Shown one piece after another: positions 61,386 through 64,000 of a stretch of 64,000 nucleotides of DNA. The position numbers were made by a program, and so were the translations under genes. Every line of letters starts with the position of its first letter. The stretch's first letter is position 1. The notes beneath the pieces were generated by a model that saw only the letters and a list, made by a program, of their open reading frames with translations, was not told where the DNA came from and ran no database searches. The DNA is from Octopus sinensis (Eukaryota): contig NC_043024.1 of assembly GCF_006345805.1 (NCBI RefSeq), positions 14,880,001 to 14,944,000 of the forward strand, written 5' to 3'.

Positions 61386-62045
61386 ATGGCAGAAGGGACA
61401 GGGAAATCAACAGACAGTAGTGATATCTGTGAAAAGTCATCCTCTCAAAAATGTAACATCTTGACTCCCAGACGAACTCCCAAAGAAGCAAAGCTACATC
61501 GCTGTGTTATTTGCGGTAAAACTTTCTCTGAAAATAGCTACTTAGTTACACACATACGTGTACATACAGGTGAGAAACCATATCACTGTGATGTCTGTGG
61601 TAGATCATTCTCTGAAGGAAGTCACTTGACAACTCACAAACGTACACATACAGGAGAAAAACCATATCTTTGTGATATTTGTGGCAAAACGTTCTATCAA
61701 AAATGTCACTTAACCGAACACAAGCACTTTCATACGGGAGACAAGCAATTTCACTGTGATATCTGTGATAAATCATTTTTTCAAAAGAGTCACTTAACAG
61801 CACATAAGAACATCCATACAGGTGAGAAGCCATATCATTGTGATGTCTGTGGTAAATCTTTCTCGGAAGGAAGTACCTTAACTAAACATAAACGTAGCCA
61901 TTCAGGAATCAAACCTTTTAAATGTGATATCTGTGGTAAATCATTCTCTCGGAAAAGTAGCTTAAACAGTCACAAACTCATTCATACAGGAGACAATCCA
62001 TATGATTGTGACACCTGTTGCAAATCATTATCTATTGTAACTTGA
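61386..62045 (+). CDS. C2H2 zinc-finger protein, paralog C, 219 aa: 6 intact fingers plus a truncated 7th
   Basis: Colinear with A and B; about 35 differences from B; acceptor at 61010-61011; AATAAA at 62350. Confidence 0.9.
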   Translation: MAEGTGKSTDSSDICEKSSSQKCNILTPRRTPKEAKLHRCVICGKTFSENSYLVTHIRVHTGEKPYHCDVCGRSFSEGSHLTTHKRTHTGEKPYLCDICGKTFYQKCHLTEHKHFHTGDKQFHCDICDKSFFQKSHLTAHKNIHTGEKPYHCDVCGKSFSEGSTLTKHKRSHSGIKPFKCDICGKSFSRKSSLNSHKLIHTGDNPYDCDTCCKSLSIVT

Positions 62046-62998
62046 CTGGACACAGGTGTATTCATCAATACTTAATGAATCATATTTTGAAGGGAAGTGC
62101 CTTGAATAATCCACATGTAGACTCAGAGAGAAGAGAATATCATGAATGTAACCCCATCCATGGTAAAGTATTCTCTCAAAGAAGCCACTTAGCTACACCT
62201 GTATATATTCATACAGAAGATTAACCATATAATGTCAAAAATCTTTCCATAAATCTCATGTTATATAACCATCGGTGTATTTGTTTGACAAAGAAGATAT
62301 AGCAATCTTCAGACACTTTGTATAACCATATCTATGTCCACTTTAATGCAATAAATTATAACTGATATTTTTAATAAATCATTCTTTCAGAATATTCATA
62401 TATATTCCTTTCTAATGTATAGTCTTTGTGGTTGTGAAGCTTGCTTGCTAACCATGTGGTCTCAAGTTCAGTTCTACTGCACGTCACTTTGGGCTGTCCA
62501 AAGTCTTGTGAGTGGATTTGGTAGATGGAAACTGGAAGAAACTCGTCATGTGAATGTGTGTGTGTTTGCGTGTACCGTTTCTCAATATTACCATCATACA
62601 AGCAGTGTTATTTATTTCCAAATGTCTCGTCATGAGGAAATATTACCTTACTTGGGAACAAGTGAGGGATGACAACAAGAAAGTCATAGTGCTGTAGAAA
62701 ATCTTCATTGAAACCCCATCTGATCCTGCAAAGTCTATACTTTGCAGGATCAGATGGATGTCAAAATGATGAACACACATGATTCCGTGTAATATATTTT
62801 CAGAAGGGAAATTTTATTGCAGGTAAAAAGCTGAGAAATGTATTGCCACTGAAAAATGAGAACATCACTTTTTTCAAATGTAGTTTCCCCATCAGTAAGC
62901 ATCAGGTGGTTATTTTGAGTCTAATGTTAAGACTGTGTTGCCATAAATTTTTCATATTGACCATATACCCATGTGAGATGTACCCAAATTTCTAGAAG

Positions 62999-63560
62999 CC
63001 AGCCTACGTATGCATACCTTCCCTTCTTGGGACACAAAACTCTACTTGTGAAGACCCGTTGAGGCAAGTGAGGATCAGAATCGAAATCGATCAATGGAAA
63101 TTGCAGATGTGTTACCAGTGCCGGTGGCATGTCGAAACTCTACTTGTGAAGACCCGTTGAGGCAAGTGAGGATCAGAATGGAAATTGATCAATGGAAATT
63201 GCAGATGTGTTACCAGTGCCGGTGGCATGTAAGAGAACCTTCCGTTTCGTGACCATTGCCAGCACCGCCCTGTTTCATGTCCGTTGCCAGCCTTGCCTGG
63301 CCCTCGTGCCAGTGGCACATAAAAAGCACCATCCGTTCGTGGCCGTTTGCCAGCTCTGTCTGGCACCTGTGCGGGTGGCAGGAAAAAAGCACCCACTACA
63401 CTCACGGAGTGGGTGGCGTTAGGAAGGGCATCCAGCCGTAGAAACACTGCCAGATTTGACTGGGCCTGATGAAGCCTTCTGGCTTCACAGACCCAAGTAG
63501 AACCGTCCAACCCATGCTAGCATGGAAAACGGACGCTAAACGACGATGATGATGATGATG
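62999..63560 (+). mobile_element. RTE 3' UTR insertion present only in copy C, with an internal 98-bp tandem duplication and (GAT)n tail
   Basis: The empty site ctagaag|aaagagtg is in A and B. Confidence 0.85.
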
Positions 63561-64000
63561 AAAGAGTGAGTTGAATTGCATAAAATCTAGAGATTTCAGA
63601 GGAAAACTAACTTCAGATGTGAATTCAGCTTGCTCCATTAACGCATCTATATATTCCGTCTGTGTGGTTGTGAAGCTTGGTTGCTAACCATGGGGTCTCA
63701 AGATCAGCCACACTACACAGCACTTGGGGCAAGGGCTTTCTTTTCTGGCCTGAGGCTTACCACAGCCTTGAGTGAATTTGGTAGATGGAAACTGCTATTA
63801 ACACAACAAAAACATTGTTTCCTTGTGATAATCAGTTGAGATGAACTGAAAAACGAAAATAATGCACTGCTAACACTGAAGTAGGATACGATACGGACTT
63901 ACAAACCCTCAATATTCTTAATAGTAAATTATGATTGCAAATCGAAATACGATATACCTACCAGTTATAGATATGTGTATGTAGGGGCAGTGTGGTTAGG

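Larger units (their letters stand above)
54250..64000. repeat. Large inverted duplication: arm B about 54250-58810, arm C from 59030 to the window edge
   Basis: Colinear reverse-complement match of maT, old LINE, exon, CDS and 3' flank. Confidence 0.95.

Noticed and set aside
63466-63490. CTGATGA followed by a hairpin as a hammerhead
   Set aside because: The hairpin (tgaagcc/ggcttca) belongs to the RTE 3' UTR and no GAAA follows it.
54250-64000. Palindrome and tandem copies as assembly artefacts
   Set aside because: The copies differ by many substitutions and by private insertions with TSDs, which misassembly would not create; long-read confirmation is still desirable.

Overview
AT-rich, repeat-dense animal DNA. 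The repeat families and the domain-less C2H2 gene cluster point to an octopus (coleoid cephalopod); this is my inference, not a database match. It holds five intact single-exon C2H2 zinc-finger ORFs: a 13-finger gene (10244-11488, -), a 17-finger gene (30723-32288, +) and three 219-aa six-finger paralogs (A 46944-47603 -, B 55609-56268 -, C 61386-62045 +). A and B lie in an ~8-kb tandem duplication. B and C form a head-to-head palindrome with arms of at least 4.5 kb around an ETS/ATGCGCAT promoter-like centre. A fourth, CDS-less copy of their upstream region (D, 24710-29045) carries a non-autonomous LTR element with a tRNA-Trp PBS, a PPT and a 4-bp TSD. The rest is SINEs, decayed RTE and CR1-type LINEs, mariner and maT/DD37D relics, a Gypsy integrase relic, several MITEs with readable TSDs, a 78-bp satellite and a 210-bp tandem array. 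The most unusual signals are two unrelated minimal hammerhead-ribozyme folds of the Penelope type. One sits in a tRNA-headed short element with an inverted 5' arm (36830-37122, 19954-20207); the other is on the - strand at 43896-43958. All coordinates and comparisons were read by eye; boundaries of decayed repeats are approximate.
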